Shown here one piece after another: positions 1 to 10,600 of a DNA stretch of 64,000 nt. The DNA comes from an uncultured Bifidobacteriaceae bacterium (GTDB taxonomy: Bacteria > Bacteroidota > Bacteroidia > UKL13-3), in the NCBI GenBank assembly GCA_964392775.1, contig CAYMRD010000007.1, forward strand, positions 67,516-131,515. Direction: 5' to 3'. The position numbers and the translations under genes are program-made. A model generated the notes under the pieces. The model searched no databases. It saw nothing but the letters and a program-made list of their open reading frames with translations, and was not told the origin of the DNA. Within the stretch, counting starts at the first letter, position 1. The number at the start of each line of letters is the position of its first letter.

Positions 1-1
1 C

Positions 2-91
2 GGATACTCGGGAGGTAAGCGTACCGACTTTAACTATTATTATCCGCAGGCCAGGACCAATTTTCTGGCTAACCTGACCTTGTTGTTTTAA
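2..91 (+). CDS. Partial CDS, 3' end only. C-terminus of an outer-membrane beta-barrel protein, possibly a TonB-dependent receptor.
   Basis: An open frame runs from the window edge and translates to ...GYSGGKRTDFNYYYPQARTNFLANLTLLF*. The aromatic-rich tail ending in a terminal Phe is typical of OMP beta-barrel C-termini. A terminator hairpin follows. Confidence 0.3.
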   Translation, partial: GYSGGKRTDFNYYYPQARTNFLANLTLLF

Positions 92-100
92 CCTGAAAAA

Positions 101-134
101 ATGAGGAGGGATAATTGGTTTCTCTCCTCATTTT
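101..134 (+). terminator. Rho-independent terminator: 8-bp stem ATGAGGAG/CTCCTCAT followed by a T-run.
   Basis: Hairpin atgaggag...ctcctcat followed by ttttatt, directly after the partial CDS stop. Confidence 0.45.
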
Positions 135-157
135 ATTGTTTATTTGTGCCACCATTC

Positions 158-239
158 GCGCGGGTGGCGAAATTGGTAGACGCGCTGGTCTCAGAAGCCA
201 GAGGGTAACACTGTAGGAGTTCGAGTCTCCTCCCGCGCA
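158..239 (+). tRNA. tRNA-Leu, anticodon CAG. Type II tRNA with a long variable arm; CCA is not encoded.
   Basis: The acceptor stem GCGCGGG/CCCGCGC pairs cleanly. The D-loop AATTGGTAGA and the T-arm AGGAG-TTCGAGT-CTCCT are canonical. The anticodon stem CTGGT/GCCAG flanks the loop CTCAGAA, giving anticodon CAG. The long variable arm is typical of Leu. Discriminator is A. Confidence 0.8.
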
Positions 240-252
240 CAACACGAATACA

Positions 253-276
253 AGGAGGCGAAAGCCTCCTTTTTTA
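253..276 (+). terminator. Terminator hairpin AGGAGGC-gaaa-GCCTCCT plus T6, after tRNA-Leu.
   Basis: Perfect 7-bp stem with GAAA tetraloop followed by tttttt. Confidence 0.6.
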
Positions 277-479
277 GTTAATACCCTGCGGCTGCGTCAG
301 CAGACGTTATTCATCGTGTCAGCCTCCCCTTTGAGCCCGCAGAATTGTGTACCCGCGATTCTGCAATCTCCAGCCCCAAGGCTTCCGAGTTAATAGGCGG
401 TTGCTTTAGCAACCGTAAAAAAAACGCAATGGAAAGCCCGGAGAAACTGTATTTTTGCCCAAATTTCTTTGTGCCGATT

Positions 480-2165
480 ATGACAAACAAACGAGTATTA
501 CATGCCGCAACAGGCAACACCCTGAGTTGCAAAGGTTGGATTCAGGAAGCAGCCTTGCGCATGCTACACAATAACCTTGATCCTGAAGTAGCTGAAAGAC
601 CGGAAGATTTAGTGGTGTATGGTGGTATTGGTAAAGCTGCCCGCAACTGGGAAAGTTTTGATTTGATAGTAAAAGCCCTTCAAGATCTGGAAGAAGATGA
701 AACACTTCTGGTTCAAAGCGGCAAACCTGTGGGGATTTTACCTACACATAAAGACGCTCCACGTGTGATTATTTCTAACTCAATGCTGGTACCTAAATGG
801 GCCAACTGGGAAACCTTCCACGAGTTGGATAAAAAAGGATTGATGATGTACGGGCAGATGACTGCCGGAAGCTGGATTTACATAGGTTCGCAAGGAATTG
901 TACAGGGAACGTATGAAACGTTTGCCGAAGCAGCCCGTCAACATTTTGGAGGAACACTTAAAGGAACACTTACCGTTACTGCCGGTTTAGGTGGTATGGG
1001 TGGTGCTCAGCCTTTGGCTGTTACCATGTGTGATGGTGTGTGTTTAGCGGCAGAGGTGGTGGAATGGCGCATCAAAAAACGTATTGAAACACGTTACCTT
1101 GATGTGATGAGCCGCGATATTGATCAGGCTATTGATATGGCTTTGAAAGCCAAAGCTGCCGGACAACGTTTATCTATCGGGGTATTGTGTAATGTAATTG
1201 ATTTGCTGGAGCGTTTGAAAGAGCGCAATATCACCCCTGATTTGCTGACTGACCAAACATCGGCTCACGACCCGTTGAATGGTTATTACCCCGAAGGTAT
1301 AGCCGAAGAGGTTGCCGACCGTATGCGCAAAACAGAACCGGATAAATACGTAGAAAAAGCGCTTGATACCATGGCTCACCACGTGAAATTGATGATTGAA
1401 TTGCAAGAGCGTGGTGCGATTACATTTGATTATGGAAACAACTTGCGCGGACAAGCCAAAGACCAGCGTGGAGTTGAGAATGCATTTGCTTTCCCGGGAT
1501 TTGTACCGGCTTATATCCGTCCGTTGTTTTGCGAAGGAAAGGGGCCGTTCCGCTGGGTAGCGCTTAGTGGCGACCCGAACGATATTTATGTAACCGACCG
1601 TGTAATGAAAGAGTTGTTCCCTGAGAACACGTCTTTACACCGCTGGTTGGATATGGCTCAGGAGCGTATTGCTTTCCAAGGTTTGCCGGCACGTATTTGC
1701 TGGATCGGGCAAGGTGACCGTGAAAAAGCAGCTTTAGCATTTAATGAATTGGTGCGTACCGGAAAAGTTAAAGGTCCGATTGTAATTGGTCGCGACCATT
1801 TGGATACGGGTTCGGTAGCTTCACCTAACCGCGAGACCGAAGCCATGAAAGACGGAAGTGATGCTGTTGCCGACTGGCCGATTTTGAACTCACTAATCAA
1901 TACAGCCGGTGGAGCGAGTTGGGTTTCCATTCACCACGGTGGCGGAGTAGGTATGGGCTATTCAATTCATGCAGGCATGGTGATTGTTGCTGATGGTACC
2001 GAAGATGCAGCACGCAGGCTTAAACGTGTATTGCATAACGATCCTGCAATGGGTGTTATTCGCCACGCAGATGCCGGATATGATATTGCAATTGATACTG
2101 CCCGTAAGCACCGCTTAGATATTAAAGAAAGACTTAAAGATAAACCGGCTAAGCCGGCCTTCTGA
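480..2165 (+). CDS. hutU: Urocanate hydratase (urocanase).
   Basis: 562 aa counted from the MTNKRVL start. Conserved urocanase blocks are present across the full length, including the NAD-binding GGMGGAQP-type region and a C-terminal [15 protein letters not shown] block. The ORF-track start at 345 probably over-extends the N-terminus. Confidence 0.9.
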   Translation: MTNKRVLHAATGNTLSCKGWIQEAALRMLHNNLDPEVAERPEDLVVYGGIGKAARNWESFDLIVKALQDLEEDETLLVQSGKPVGILPTHKDAPRVIISNSMLVPKWANWETFHELDKKGLMMYGQMTAGSWIYIGSQGIVQGTYETFAEAARQHFGGTLKGTLTVTAGLGGMGGAQPLAVTMCDGVCLAAEVVEWRIKKRIETRYLDVMSRDIDQAIDMALKAKAAGQRLSIGVLCNVIDLLERLKERNITPDLLTDQTSAHDPLNGYYPEGIAEEVADRMRKTEPDKYVEKALDTMAHHVKLMIELQERGAITFDYGNNLRGQAKDQRGVENAFAFPGFVPAYIRPLFCEGKGPFRWVALSGDPNDIYVTDRVMKELFPENTSLHRWLDMAQERIAFQGLPARICWIGQGDREKAALAFNELVRTGKVKGPIVIGRDHLDTGSVASPNRETEAMKDGSDAVADWPILNSLINTAGGASWVSIHHGGGVGMGYSIHAGMVIVADGTEDAARRLKRVLHNDPAMGVIRHADAGYDIAIDTARKHRLDIKERLKDKPAKPAF

Positions 2166-2172
2166 TACCAAA

Positions 2173-2202
2173 CCCGCCCCGAGTACTCGGGGCGGGTTTT
2201 TT
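2173..2202 (+). terminator. Rho-independent terminator after hutU.
   Basis: CCCGCCCCGAGTACTCGGGGCGGG palindrome followed by TTTTTTG. Confidence 0.7.
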
Positions 2203-2384
2203 GTTTGATACCACGCCAAAAGCATTCAGAATATCATTTCGCCTTTCGATAATTTATAGGTGATATGCTTATTGAATTAAATATAAGGCTCTATGAAGTG
2301 GCGCCAATAAGCTAGTTAGCGGTAATTATACACAGCGACACCATTTGACAGCAACCGACAACCAAACAGAAAAACAAGGGAATA

Positions 2385-3254
2385 TTGAAAGCAATCAGAA
2401 TACTCATAAATTCAAATATCTTTATTTCTCTTTCCGCAGTTGTATTAACTGTAGCGACACAAATACAGTTAGGGATTCATCCTCAATGGCATCCTTATCT
2501 ATTTTTGATTTTTTTTGCAACGCTTTTTGAATATAATCTTCATAGACTAATTACTATTTTAACGAATTCTGATGCTCTAAACTCTGATAAACACAGTTGG
2601 GTTAAAGACAAATTGAACTGGTTCTATTTATTAGTGTTTTTATCCGTTCTTGGTTTCGCTATTTCTGTTATTGAAGCAAAATTAAAGGTGCTTCTTACAT
2701 TAGCTCCAATTGCTGGGCTCACTTTATTTTATTCAACCCCTCTCTCAAAAAGTGCAAAGGGGATTTTTAGACTAAGGCAAATTCCTTTTTTAAAAATATT
2801 CTTAATTTCATTTGTATGGGCTACTGTTACCATATTACTTCCTGTAATTCATTCGGAAAAAGCGTATAACAATTTTCATATTTTGACCATGATAATTGAG
2901 CGATTTTTATTTGTATTCGCAATAACAATTCCATTTGATATTCGAGACATGATTGCCGACCGTCAAGCAGGATTAAAGACAATTCCATTGCTTATTGGTG
3001 AAAAAAAATCAATCTACAGCTCAATATCCGCCTTGGTTCTATTTCTTACAATTGCTGTATTTCATTACTTAATCACAAATCAATGGTTAATTATAAGTGC
3101 ATTTACAATTTCGTTCTTAACAACAATTGTATCTTTAATCAACGAAAGGATACGAAATTTGCCATTATATTATTATGGAATTCTTGATGGAACGATATTA
3201 TTACAAGGTGTTTTGGTTCTCGGGTTATATTTTATCAATTTAATTTTTCAATAA
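2385..3254 (+). CDS. UbiA-family integral-membrane prenyltransferase.
   Basis: 289 aa, polytopic and hydrophobic. An Asp-rich loop FDIRDMIADRQAGLKTIPLLIGEKKS resembles UbiA-family motifs. Very AT-rich coding sequence. Confidence 0.55.
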   Translation: MKAIRILINSNIFISLSAVVLTVATQIQLGIHPQWHPYLFLIFFATLFEYNLHRLITILTNSDALNSDKHSWVKDKLNWFYLLVFLSVLGFAISVIEAKLKVLLTLAPIAGLTLFYSTPLSKSAKGIFRLRQIPFLKIFLISFVWATVTILLPVIHSEKAYNNFHILTMIIERFLFVFAITIPFDIRDMIADRQAGLKTIPLLIGEKKSIYSSISALVLFLTIAVFHYLITNQWLIISAFTISFLTTIVSLINERIRNLPLYYYGILDGTILLQGVLVLGLYFINLIFQ

Positions 3255-3256
3255 AG

Positions 3257-5125
3257 ATGTTAAACAACGGAATACCTGTTTCTATTTCATTATCGCCAAC
3301 GCTACAACGAGAAAATGTAGCTTCAAAAAAGAAGTACGACAAGAAGCGTTTATTACGCCTATCGCTACTTGCTGTAGTAATTGCGGTTTGTATAAGTTTC
3401 ATTGCAAAAGTGCTTGTATATCTTATTGACTTAATAACCAACATCGCATTTTATGGCAATTTCTCTATTGAACCATCAAGTCCAATGCACCATTCTTATG
3501 GAATATTTGTAGTAGCCGTTCCAATTGTTGGAGGTTTAATTGTTGGCTTAATGGCGTTATATGGTTCAAAAGCCATTAGAGGACACGGAATTCCTGAAGC
3601 AATGGAGCAAATTCTAACCAACCAAAGTAAAATAAAACCAGCCATTACTTATTTAAAACCACTATCAGCAGCCATTTCTATTGGTACAGGTGGTCCTTTT
3701 GGCGCAGAAGGCCCGATTATTGCGACAGGCGGAGCTTTGGGTTCTACTCTTGGACAGCTCATAAAAATCACGCCCAATGAACGAAAAATACTACTTGCTG
3801 CCGGAGCAACAGCAGGCATGTCTGCTATTTTCGGAAGTCCGTTAGCTGCAATACTTTTAGCTATTGAATTATTGTTGTTTGAGTTTTCTGCACGGTCTTT
3901 TATTCCTGTTGCTTTGGCCTGTATTACTGGTGCTGCTGGACATCATTTGTTATTTGAAGAAGGGGTTGTTTTTCCACTTAATTTTCTACTACAACCATCA
4001 TCCAATTACGCACTTTTGTTTTATGCAACAATGGGAATTGTTATCGGTCTGATTTCAGTTATTGTAACTAAAGTTGTGTATTGGATAGAAGATGTCTTCG
4101 AAAAACTACCTATTCATTGGGCATGGTGGCCTGCTATTGGTGGTATAGCCGTTGGAGTGGTTGGTTTTTTTGCTCCTCGTACACTTGGTGTTGGATATAG
4201 CAACATTACCGACCTTCTTACAGGTACAATGCCAATGCAAGTTGTCCTTTCATTATGCGTTTTAAAATTTTTGTCTTGGGCAATTTCTTTAGGTAGCGGC
4301 ACTTCGGGAGGAACACTTGCTCCTTTGCTCACAATAGGCGGTGCAACAGGAGCTTTAATAGGTAGCATTGGAATGTTTTGGTTTCCAAATTCTGGAATTA
4401 ACATTCCTCTTTCAGTGCTTGTTGGAATGTCTGCAATGTTTGCGGGAGCATCAAGAGCGTTCTTGACATCTATTGTTTTTGCATTGGAGACTACAGGTCA
4501 ATCCAATGCTTTGTTGCCTTTATTGGCTACTTGCAGTACATCGTATTTTACATCCTTCTTTTTAATGGAAAACACAATTATGACTGAAAAAATTGCCCGA
4601 AGAGGAGTTGTTACCCCAAATTCTTACGAGTCTGACATTCTTGAAAAAACAACAGTAGGACAAATTGTAAATGATAATGGAATTGTTATAAACGACAATA
4701 TGGAAATTGGTGAAGTACGTAACTGGCTCACAAATGAGACCGACCTACTTTCAAGCTATTTTATTATTTCAGATACAGAGGGGGAATATAGGGGTTTGTT
4801 AAGTTCATCAACTCTATTTAATTCCCAACATGCCTCTGATAAAAAAGTAGGCTCGATTATTAAGCGAAATAATTTATTTGTTCAACCCACGGAAACACTG
4901 CGGAAAGCAGTTGAAATAATGGCAAAAGAAAATGTAGATATATTGCCGATTGTGGTGGACAAAAAAATTACTGGTATTTTAACTTATCAACATATAATTT
5001 CCATTTATAAAAATGGGCTTGACGAGCATGAGAAGCAACAAGCACACATTTCTTTAAACAGACAACGACTTAAAATATTAGTACACGGACAAAAACTTGT
5101 ATCAATCATGAAAAGTAAAAAATAA
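3257..5125 (+). CDS. ClC-family voltage-gated chloride channel / H+-Cl- antiporter with C-terminal CBS domain pair.
   Basis: 622 aa. Carries the ClC selectivity motifs GSGIP-like (GHGIPE), GGPFGAEGPI (GxEGP) and a GTSGGTLAP-type repeat. The C-terminal ~150 aa are CBS-like. Confidence 0.85.
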   Translation: MLNNGIPVSISLSPTLQRENVASKKKYDKKRLLRLSLLAVVIAVCISFIAKVLVYLIDLITNIAFYGNFSIEPSSPMHHSYGIFVVAVPIVGGLIVGLMALYGSKAIRGHGIPEAMEQILTNQSKIKPAITYLKPLSAAISIGTGGPFGAEGPIIATGGALGSTLGQLIKITPNERKILLAAGATAGMSAIFGSPLAAILLAIELLLFEFSARSFIPVALACITGAAGHHLLFEEGVVFPLNFLLQPSSNYALLFYATMGIVIGLISVIVTKVVYWIEDVFEKLPIHWAWWPAIGGIAVGVVGFFAPRTLGVGYSNITDLLTGTMPMQVVLSLCVLKFLSWAISLGSGTSGGTLAPLLTIGGATGALIGSIGMFWFPNSGINIPLSVLVGMSAMFAGASRAFLTSIVFALETTGQSNALLPLLATCSTSYFTSFFLMENTIMTEKIARRGVVTPNSYESDILEKTTVGQIVNDNGIVINDNMEIGEVRNWLTNETDLLSSYFIISDTEGEYRGLLSSSTLFNSQHASDKKVGSIIKRNNLFVQPTETLRKAVEIMAKENVDILPIVVDKKITGILTYQHIISIYKNGLDEHEKQQAHISLNRQRLKILVHGQKLVSIMKSKK

Positions 5126-5130
5126 CTACC

Positions 5131-5260
5131 GCTAACAGCGGTTTGGCGTAATGGCGGGTGACGTGCTTCTATGACAATTTTGTGGTAGGTTCAAATGCAG
5201 TTCTTCGATTGAACTTTTGTGCTGAAAAGCCCCCACTGCGGCAATACCCGAACCGTTAGC
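5131..5260. repeat. MITE-like intergenic repeat, copy C (imperfect TIRs gctaacagc...gccgttagc).
   Basis: Shares blocks with copies at 7548..7677 and 26785..26900: gctaacagc, cgtgcttc, cagttcttcga, aaaagccc, aaccgttagc. Confidence 0.6.
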
Positions 5261-5394
5261 TGTCACACACCACCGTGCAGACATCAACAAGCTGACATAA
5301 CGAACCAAGCCCACCCACCACCCCAAATTTTAGCACCCCAAAAAATTGCGCAACTAAATAATTGCATTTATATTTGCAACCAAATTATTGCACA

Positions 5395-5721
5395 ATGGAA
5401 GCAAGACGAGATATTTTTCAAGCAATAGCCGACCCGACAAGACGGGCAATTATTACGCTTATTGCTTTACAGGCAATGACACCAAACGCCATTGCCGAAC
5501 ACTTTGACACGAGCAGACAAGCGGTTTCCAAGCACTTACAAATTCTGACAGAGTGCGAATTGGTAACGCAAAACCAACAAGGTAGAGAAATCTACTATCA
5601 ACTTGAAGTGAACAAAATGAAAGAGATTGACAAATGGCTTGACCAATTCCGTAAGATTTGGGAAACACGATTTAATCAACTTGACAAGTTATTAGAAACA
5701 ATTAAAAAACAGAAAAAATGA
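5395..5721 (+). CDS. ArsR/SmtB-family metalloregulatory transcription factor.
   Basis: Winged-HTH signature [14 protein letters not shown]...[30 protein letters not shown]. Start moved to the MEARRDIF methionine. Confidence 0.8.
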   Translation: MEARRDIFQAIADPTRRAIITLIALQAMTPNAIAEHFDTSRQAVSKHLQILTECELVTQNQQGREIYYQLEVNKMKEIDKWLDQFRKIWETRFNQLDKLLETIKKQKK

Positions 5722-6230
5722 ACAGTACCTTAAAATTTGACTTTGAAGTCAACAAAGACAATAACACAATTGTTGTAAAACGTGAATTTGCTGCAAACCT
5801 TGAATTGGTTTGGAAAGCGTGGACAACCGCAGAACTATTGGACCAATGGTGGGGTCCAGAACCTTGCAAAGCAGAAACAAAATCTATGGATTTTCGTGAG
5901 GGCGGACATTGGCTATATTGTATGGTTATTCCTCCATCTCTTACAGGTGCAGAGACAGACCAAAGGAATTGGGGACAACAGAACTACGAGAAAATTGTAT
6001 TGCACAAAAGTTTTTCGGGAACAGATGTTTTTTGCGATGAAAATGGAACAGTAAATCCAGAATTTCCAGCAGGAAATTTTGAAAATCAGTTTAACGAAAC
6101 TGACGGAAAGACGACTGTTACGATGATTTCAAAACACAACAGCTTTGAAGATATTCAAGCCGTAATTGAAATGGGCTTTAAAGAAGGTATTGAAGTATGC
6201 TTTAACCAACTTGACGAACTATTAAAATAA
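5718..6230 (+). CDS. SRPBCC-superfamily protein (AHSA1/activator-of-Hsp90-ATPase-like), partner of ArsR.
   Basis: 170 aa. N-terminal [22 protein letters not shown] block is typical of SRPBCC/AHSA1 proteins. Start overlaps the ArsR stop by 4 nt. Confidence 0.7.
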   Translation: MNSTLKFDFEVNKDNNTIVVKREFAANLELVWKAWTTAELLDQWWGPEPCKAETKSMDFREGGHWLYCMVIPPSLTGAETDQRNWGQQNYEKIVLHKSFSGTDVFCDENGTVNPEFPAGNFENQFNETDGKTTVTMISKHNSFEDIQAVIEMGFKEGIEVCFNQLDELLK

Positions 6231-6258
6231 AACATTAAAAACTCTCGGTGCTTCGCAG

Positions 6259-6306
6259 TTTAAAATTCCTAAAAGTTTTATTTTTATCAAAGTTTTAGGA
6301 ATTTTA
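6259..6306. promoter_or_regulatory. Inverted repeat (17/18 match, 9-nt spacer) 15 nt upstream of the AAA ATPase start.
   Basis: taaaattcctaaaagtttt-atttttatc-aaagttttaggaatttt. The preceding gtgcttcgcag block resembles the MITE-like repeat family. Confidence 0.35.
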
Positions 6307-6320
6307 CTCACCTTTGCCCT

Positions 6321-7538
6321 ATGCAAGCAATAGCCCGAAAACGATATTTAGACACGCTTCGTGTACTCAAAGACAAGAACTTGATTAAGGTTGCCACGGG
6401 TGTCAGGCGTTGTGGAAAATCAACTTTAATGGCACAATTTCAAGACTTGTTGCGGAAAGAAAATGCTAAAGTTTCCATTCTGTCAATCAATATGGATATG
6501 CCCGAATTTCGTTTTTTGGCAGAGAAAAATTGGAAAGAAATTTATGATTACATCATTAAGAACCTCAAAAAAAACGCAACCAATTATGTATTTATAGACG
6601 AAGTGCAAAACGTTCCCGAATTTGAAAAACTTTTGGAAGGTTTGTACGTTCACCCAAACATAGATTTGTATGTAACAGGTTCAAACGCATTTTTGTTGAG
6701 CAGTGAATTGGCAACATTGCTCACAGGCAGAGTATATGAAATAAATGTATTGCCTTTTTCTTTTGCTGAATATTTGGAGTTTACAGGCAAAACCGCAAAT
6801 CCCGACCGGACTTTTGCTGAATACGTTCGAACGGGCGGTTTTCCCGAAGCAGTAAGACTTTCAGCAGACGGAAATCATTTTGCGAATGAATATCTGCAAA
6901 CGGTTTTCAAAAACATTTACGGCAACGATATTTCAAAACGACACACTATTTATGCCGAAGAATCGTATCAGGAAGTTGTAAACTTTTTAATAGATTCAGT
7001 TGGTTCAAGCGTTTCGGCAGGAAACATTGCAAAAGTTTTAACGGCTAACAAAAAGAAAATTGACAACAAAACCGTTTCAAAATACATTGACACGTTGGTA
7101 GAAGCCTATTTGTTTTACAAAGTAAATCGCTACGACATCAAAGGCAAACAACATTTAGCAACGCAAGAAAAATACTATTTAGTAGATTTAGGTTTTCGCA
7201 ATGCACTACTTGGAAAAGAATTAGTAAACGATGCAGGACATTTACTTGAAAATATCATTTACCTTGAACTAAAACGCAGAAACAACCAAGTTTGGATAGG
7301 GAAAACCAACAATTTGGAAGTTGATTTTGTTGTTCGCAACAATGACGGTTTTACGCAGTACATACAAGTTGCGCAAACTGCACAAAACACAACAACACTT
7401 GAACGTGAATTAGCACCATTTGACACCATTGCCGACCACCACGAAAAACTTTTAATCACAATGGACTACGACACAGGAACACTCAACGGAGTAAAAAAGA
7501 TAAACGCATTAGACTGGCTGACAACACCTGAAAAATAA
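6321..7538 (+). CDS. AAA+ ATPase of the DUF4143 family (ATP-binding protein).
   Basis: 405 aa. Walker A GVRRCGKST and Walker B FIDEV are present. Overall architecture is typical of stand-alone AAA ATPase plus DUF4143 proteins. Confidence 0.7.
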   Translation: MQAIARKRYLDTLRVLKDKNLIKVATGVRRCGKSTLMAQFQDLLRKENAKVSILSINMDMPEFRFLAEKNWKEIYDYIIKNLKKNATNYVFIDEVQNVPEFEKLLEGLYVHPNIDLYVTGSNAFLLSSELATLLTGRVYEINVLPFSFAEYLEFTGKTANPDRTFAEYVRTGGFPEAVRLSADGNHFANEYLQTVFKNIYGNDISKRHTIYAEESYQEVVNFLIDSVGSSVSAGNIAKVLTANKKKIDNKTVSKYIDTLVEAYLFYKVNRYDIKGKQHLATQEKYYLVDLGFRNALLGKELVNDAGHLLENIIYLELKRRNNQVWIGKTNNLEVDFVVRNNDGFTQYIQVAQTAQNTTTLERELAPFDTIADHHEKLLITMDYDTGTLNGVKKINALDWLTTPEK

Positions 7539-7547
7539 GGGCGAACA

Positions 7548-7677
7548 GCTAACAGCACCTACACGCAAGCAGGGGGTTCGTGCTTCGCAGGACAGGAAAG
7601 TGCTAAATTTGAAGTTCAGTTCTTCGTAGGAAGTTCAGTGGTAAAAATCCCTGCCTGCGTGTAGCTGCAAACCGTTA
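7548..7677. repeat. MITE-like intergenic repeat, copy A, with ~25-bp imperfect terminal inverted repeats.
   Basis: The left end ctaacagcacctacacgcaagcaggg pairs with the reverse complement of ccctgcctgcgtgtagctgcaaaccgttag. The internal block aaatttgaagttcagttcttcgtaggaagttcagtggtaaaaatccc is shared with copy B. Confidence 0.65.
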
Positions 7678-10600
7678 GAAACTAAAATTACGTGCAGCTT
7701 TCAGTGGATTCAGCTTGTTGAGGTTGAGCGAAAAAGTAATGCGTTCGGTATAACGTTTGGCACCGCTTACACTACCCGGAATATTGCCTTTAAAGTAGTC
7801 GCTAATTTCGGATGATGTCATGATGGGGAAGTTGATGCGGAATACATCTCCGGGAAGTTTTATACTAACCCCGGAAGTGTATAAAATTTTCGGAGTGTAC
7901 TTGCTCACCATTTGGTTGGTATTGCCATCCATATAACTTTCGTTAGCGTTAATAAATGCGATATCGGCATAGAGTACCAATGGCAAAATACCCGGAACCG
8001 TGGTTTCAAAATTTACGCCTGTTGCCCATTTGTCGGATGTTACAGAAGGATACAGTTCCTTAAATTGCAATCCGCCAAACATCAACTGTTGTGCAAACAA
8101 GCTGTTGGATGTTACGGGATTTTCGCCACGGCCAAACTGTGATTGGTCAAAGGTATAATCAAACAAACCGGTATTGGCTCCGGCACGAAAATCGGCACGC
8201 CCATCTGAGTTCATGAGTGATTGCAGAAACACACCACCAAACCACCGAACCGTAAATCCTTTTTTAGGCTTTTCGTAATTCAAAAACCGGGTTGCTTCGG
8301 CCGTAAGTTTATGTGCCTGTGCGTTGGTGCTGATGTATTGATAGGTGATATTGTAATTGTATGGCTGCAATACTCGCTTTTGTTGTGAGGCAAAGGTGAG
8401 TTCGGCAAAGGTGCTGGCTCCACTAAGGGTATAAGCGGCACCGCGATTGCGTTCGCTGATGCTTACCACGCGGGCGGTTACACTGTTTTGTGCATCCGTG
8501 CGGGGATGGTGCTGTGCCAGTTGTGCGGTGATTCCTCCTTCGAGTTTGGTATAAGTTGTGGGCGTAAAATAATCGCTTGCAAACTGTGTTGCCTTCATCC
8601 ATGGAGTATAGCTGCGGGCCACTCCATACGATATAAAGCGGTGCTGCAGTTCAGCCGTTCCGGCTAAGTCTTTGGTGCCAAATGCGTACATTGGAGCCAG
8701 CACAAACTCAGTAGGTTTAGCCGGCATTACGCTGTTGTAAAACGCCATTCCCAACATGGTTTTGTTGTACAGGTTGGCACCTGCAATGGGTGTATAATAC
8801 ACTTGTTGCTTGTATGGATTTTCGGTATTGAGGAAGAGCGAAAACTCGGGCGGACGAACGGTTTTGAGAACACCCGAGGTGCGAATACTATTATTGGTTC
8901 GGTTGATGTCGGTAGTTGTTTCATAGGCATCCAGGCGTAGTTGCTGGTAATCGCCCGCAGGGAAACTAACCTGATTGTTTGCCGGCAAGCTGTCAAACCA
9001 AACCGTTTGAACGGCATTGTTGGCTTTCATTGCTGTAACACTGAACGGAGCATTATTGGATGAACGGTTTTTAAGGCGTATGGTATAGCCGTTACCTGTT
9101 TTGCGAATACCTTTTATTTTCCAATCCTGTTTGCGTGTTGTGGTCATCAAATCATTGAAAAACCAATCGAGGTTTTTGCCCGAAAACTGTTTGACATGGT
9201 CTGTAAAATCATCGGGCAACGGGTGTTTAAATTTCCAGTTTTCATAATAGCTCTGCATCATTGCATCAAAAATACTATCACCCAAATACCGTTGTAAATA
9301 ATGAAAAGCAGAGGAGGCTTTACCGTAAACGATAGCCCCATAATTATAATCGGTATAAGCTTCGGATGGCAGGAAACAGGCCTGATCTTCATTTTTACGG
9401 GCTCCAACCAGATAGCGGGTTTCCAGACCACGGTAGCCATCGCTGGCAAAGGCTCCTATATTTCCGGGTGTAAGTCGTTCATACGGCTTGATGGTTTCTG
9501 TTTCGGAGCTGCGGGTTTCATAGTAGTTGTTAATGCTCTCATCCATCCAGGGGTAAGCACGTTCGTTGCTTCCCAAAATACCATACAGCCAGTTATGTCC
9601 CACTTCATGAAACACAACCTGACGGTTTACTTCGGTAATATTGGTAATCATCGGGTATTCCATTCCTGCACCCGAAACCAATGGAGTAACAGCAACAGAG
9701 GCTTGTGAGTAAGGATATTCTCCAAGCATTGACGAATAATATAAAATTGCTGCATTAACCAGTTCGATGTTGGAGCGTTTAGGGTTTACCTGAAACCACC
9801 AGGTGGTAACACGGTTACGTGATTTTGGCAATACAACTTCACTGCGTTCAACCTGAAAACGTTTGTCGGCAAACCATGCAAAATCATGAACTCTGTCCTG
9901 CTTGTAATGCAGCGTTTTGGTTTTGTTTGATGAGGCAGGGAAATCTGCTGTTGGATTCGAGGTATTACTTTCTTTACTTTTTTCAAGCAGCCATTGTTTC
10001 TCCGATTCGTTTTGCAATTCACCGGTGGCGCCAACCACATAGTTTTCGGGCAAAGTGATATGCACATCAAACTTGCCAAACTCGCTGTAAAACTCACCTT
10101 GGTCGAGGTATGGCATCGGGTTCCATCCGTTAACATCGTATACCGCAGGTTTGGGATACCATTGCGTTACACAATAAAGTTGGTCCTGATGGCCCATACG
10201 CGAAACGATGGAAGGCAGCTTTACTTTAAAGGTGGTTGCAAGGCGTATTTTTTCACCGGGTTCAAGTGGTTTGCGCAGGGTGAGTTTCGCAATATCAATC
10301 TGTTCGGTGAGTTCCCATTTTACCGCAACCCAGTCGGCTAAAAAGTTGAGGGAATCAATATACCCGCGGTTTTCTTCGGCCATGTACAAAAAATCTGTTT
10401 TGCCGTTTTCAATCTGTTGTTTGGCAAATGCCGTGTTGGTGTTGCGGTAGGCATTGGGCCATAAATGCATATATATTTCGGTTAGTGCATTGGGTGAGTT
10501 GTTGGTATACAAGATGGTTTCGTTGCCGCGTAAGATGTGGTTCACATCATCCAGCTCAACATTAATGGCATACTCAACATCTTGCTGCCAGATGGCTTGT

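Noticed and set aside
140-300. Integrase or prophage junction next to tRNA-Leu.
   Set aside because: No integrase, excisionase or att-like duplication of the tRNA 3' end is visible. The tRNA is simply flanked by two terminators.
345-479. N-terminal 45-aa extension of hutU in the ORF track.
   Set aside because: The extension runs through the tRNA-proximal terminator region. Conserved urocanase sequence begins at MTNKRVL (480).
9301-10341. Several 80-135-aa plus-strand ORFs, antisense to the M1 peptidase and usher-like genes.
   Set aside because: Embedded in long, well-supported minus-strand genes. No start or RBS context and no motifs.
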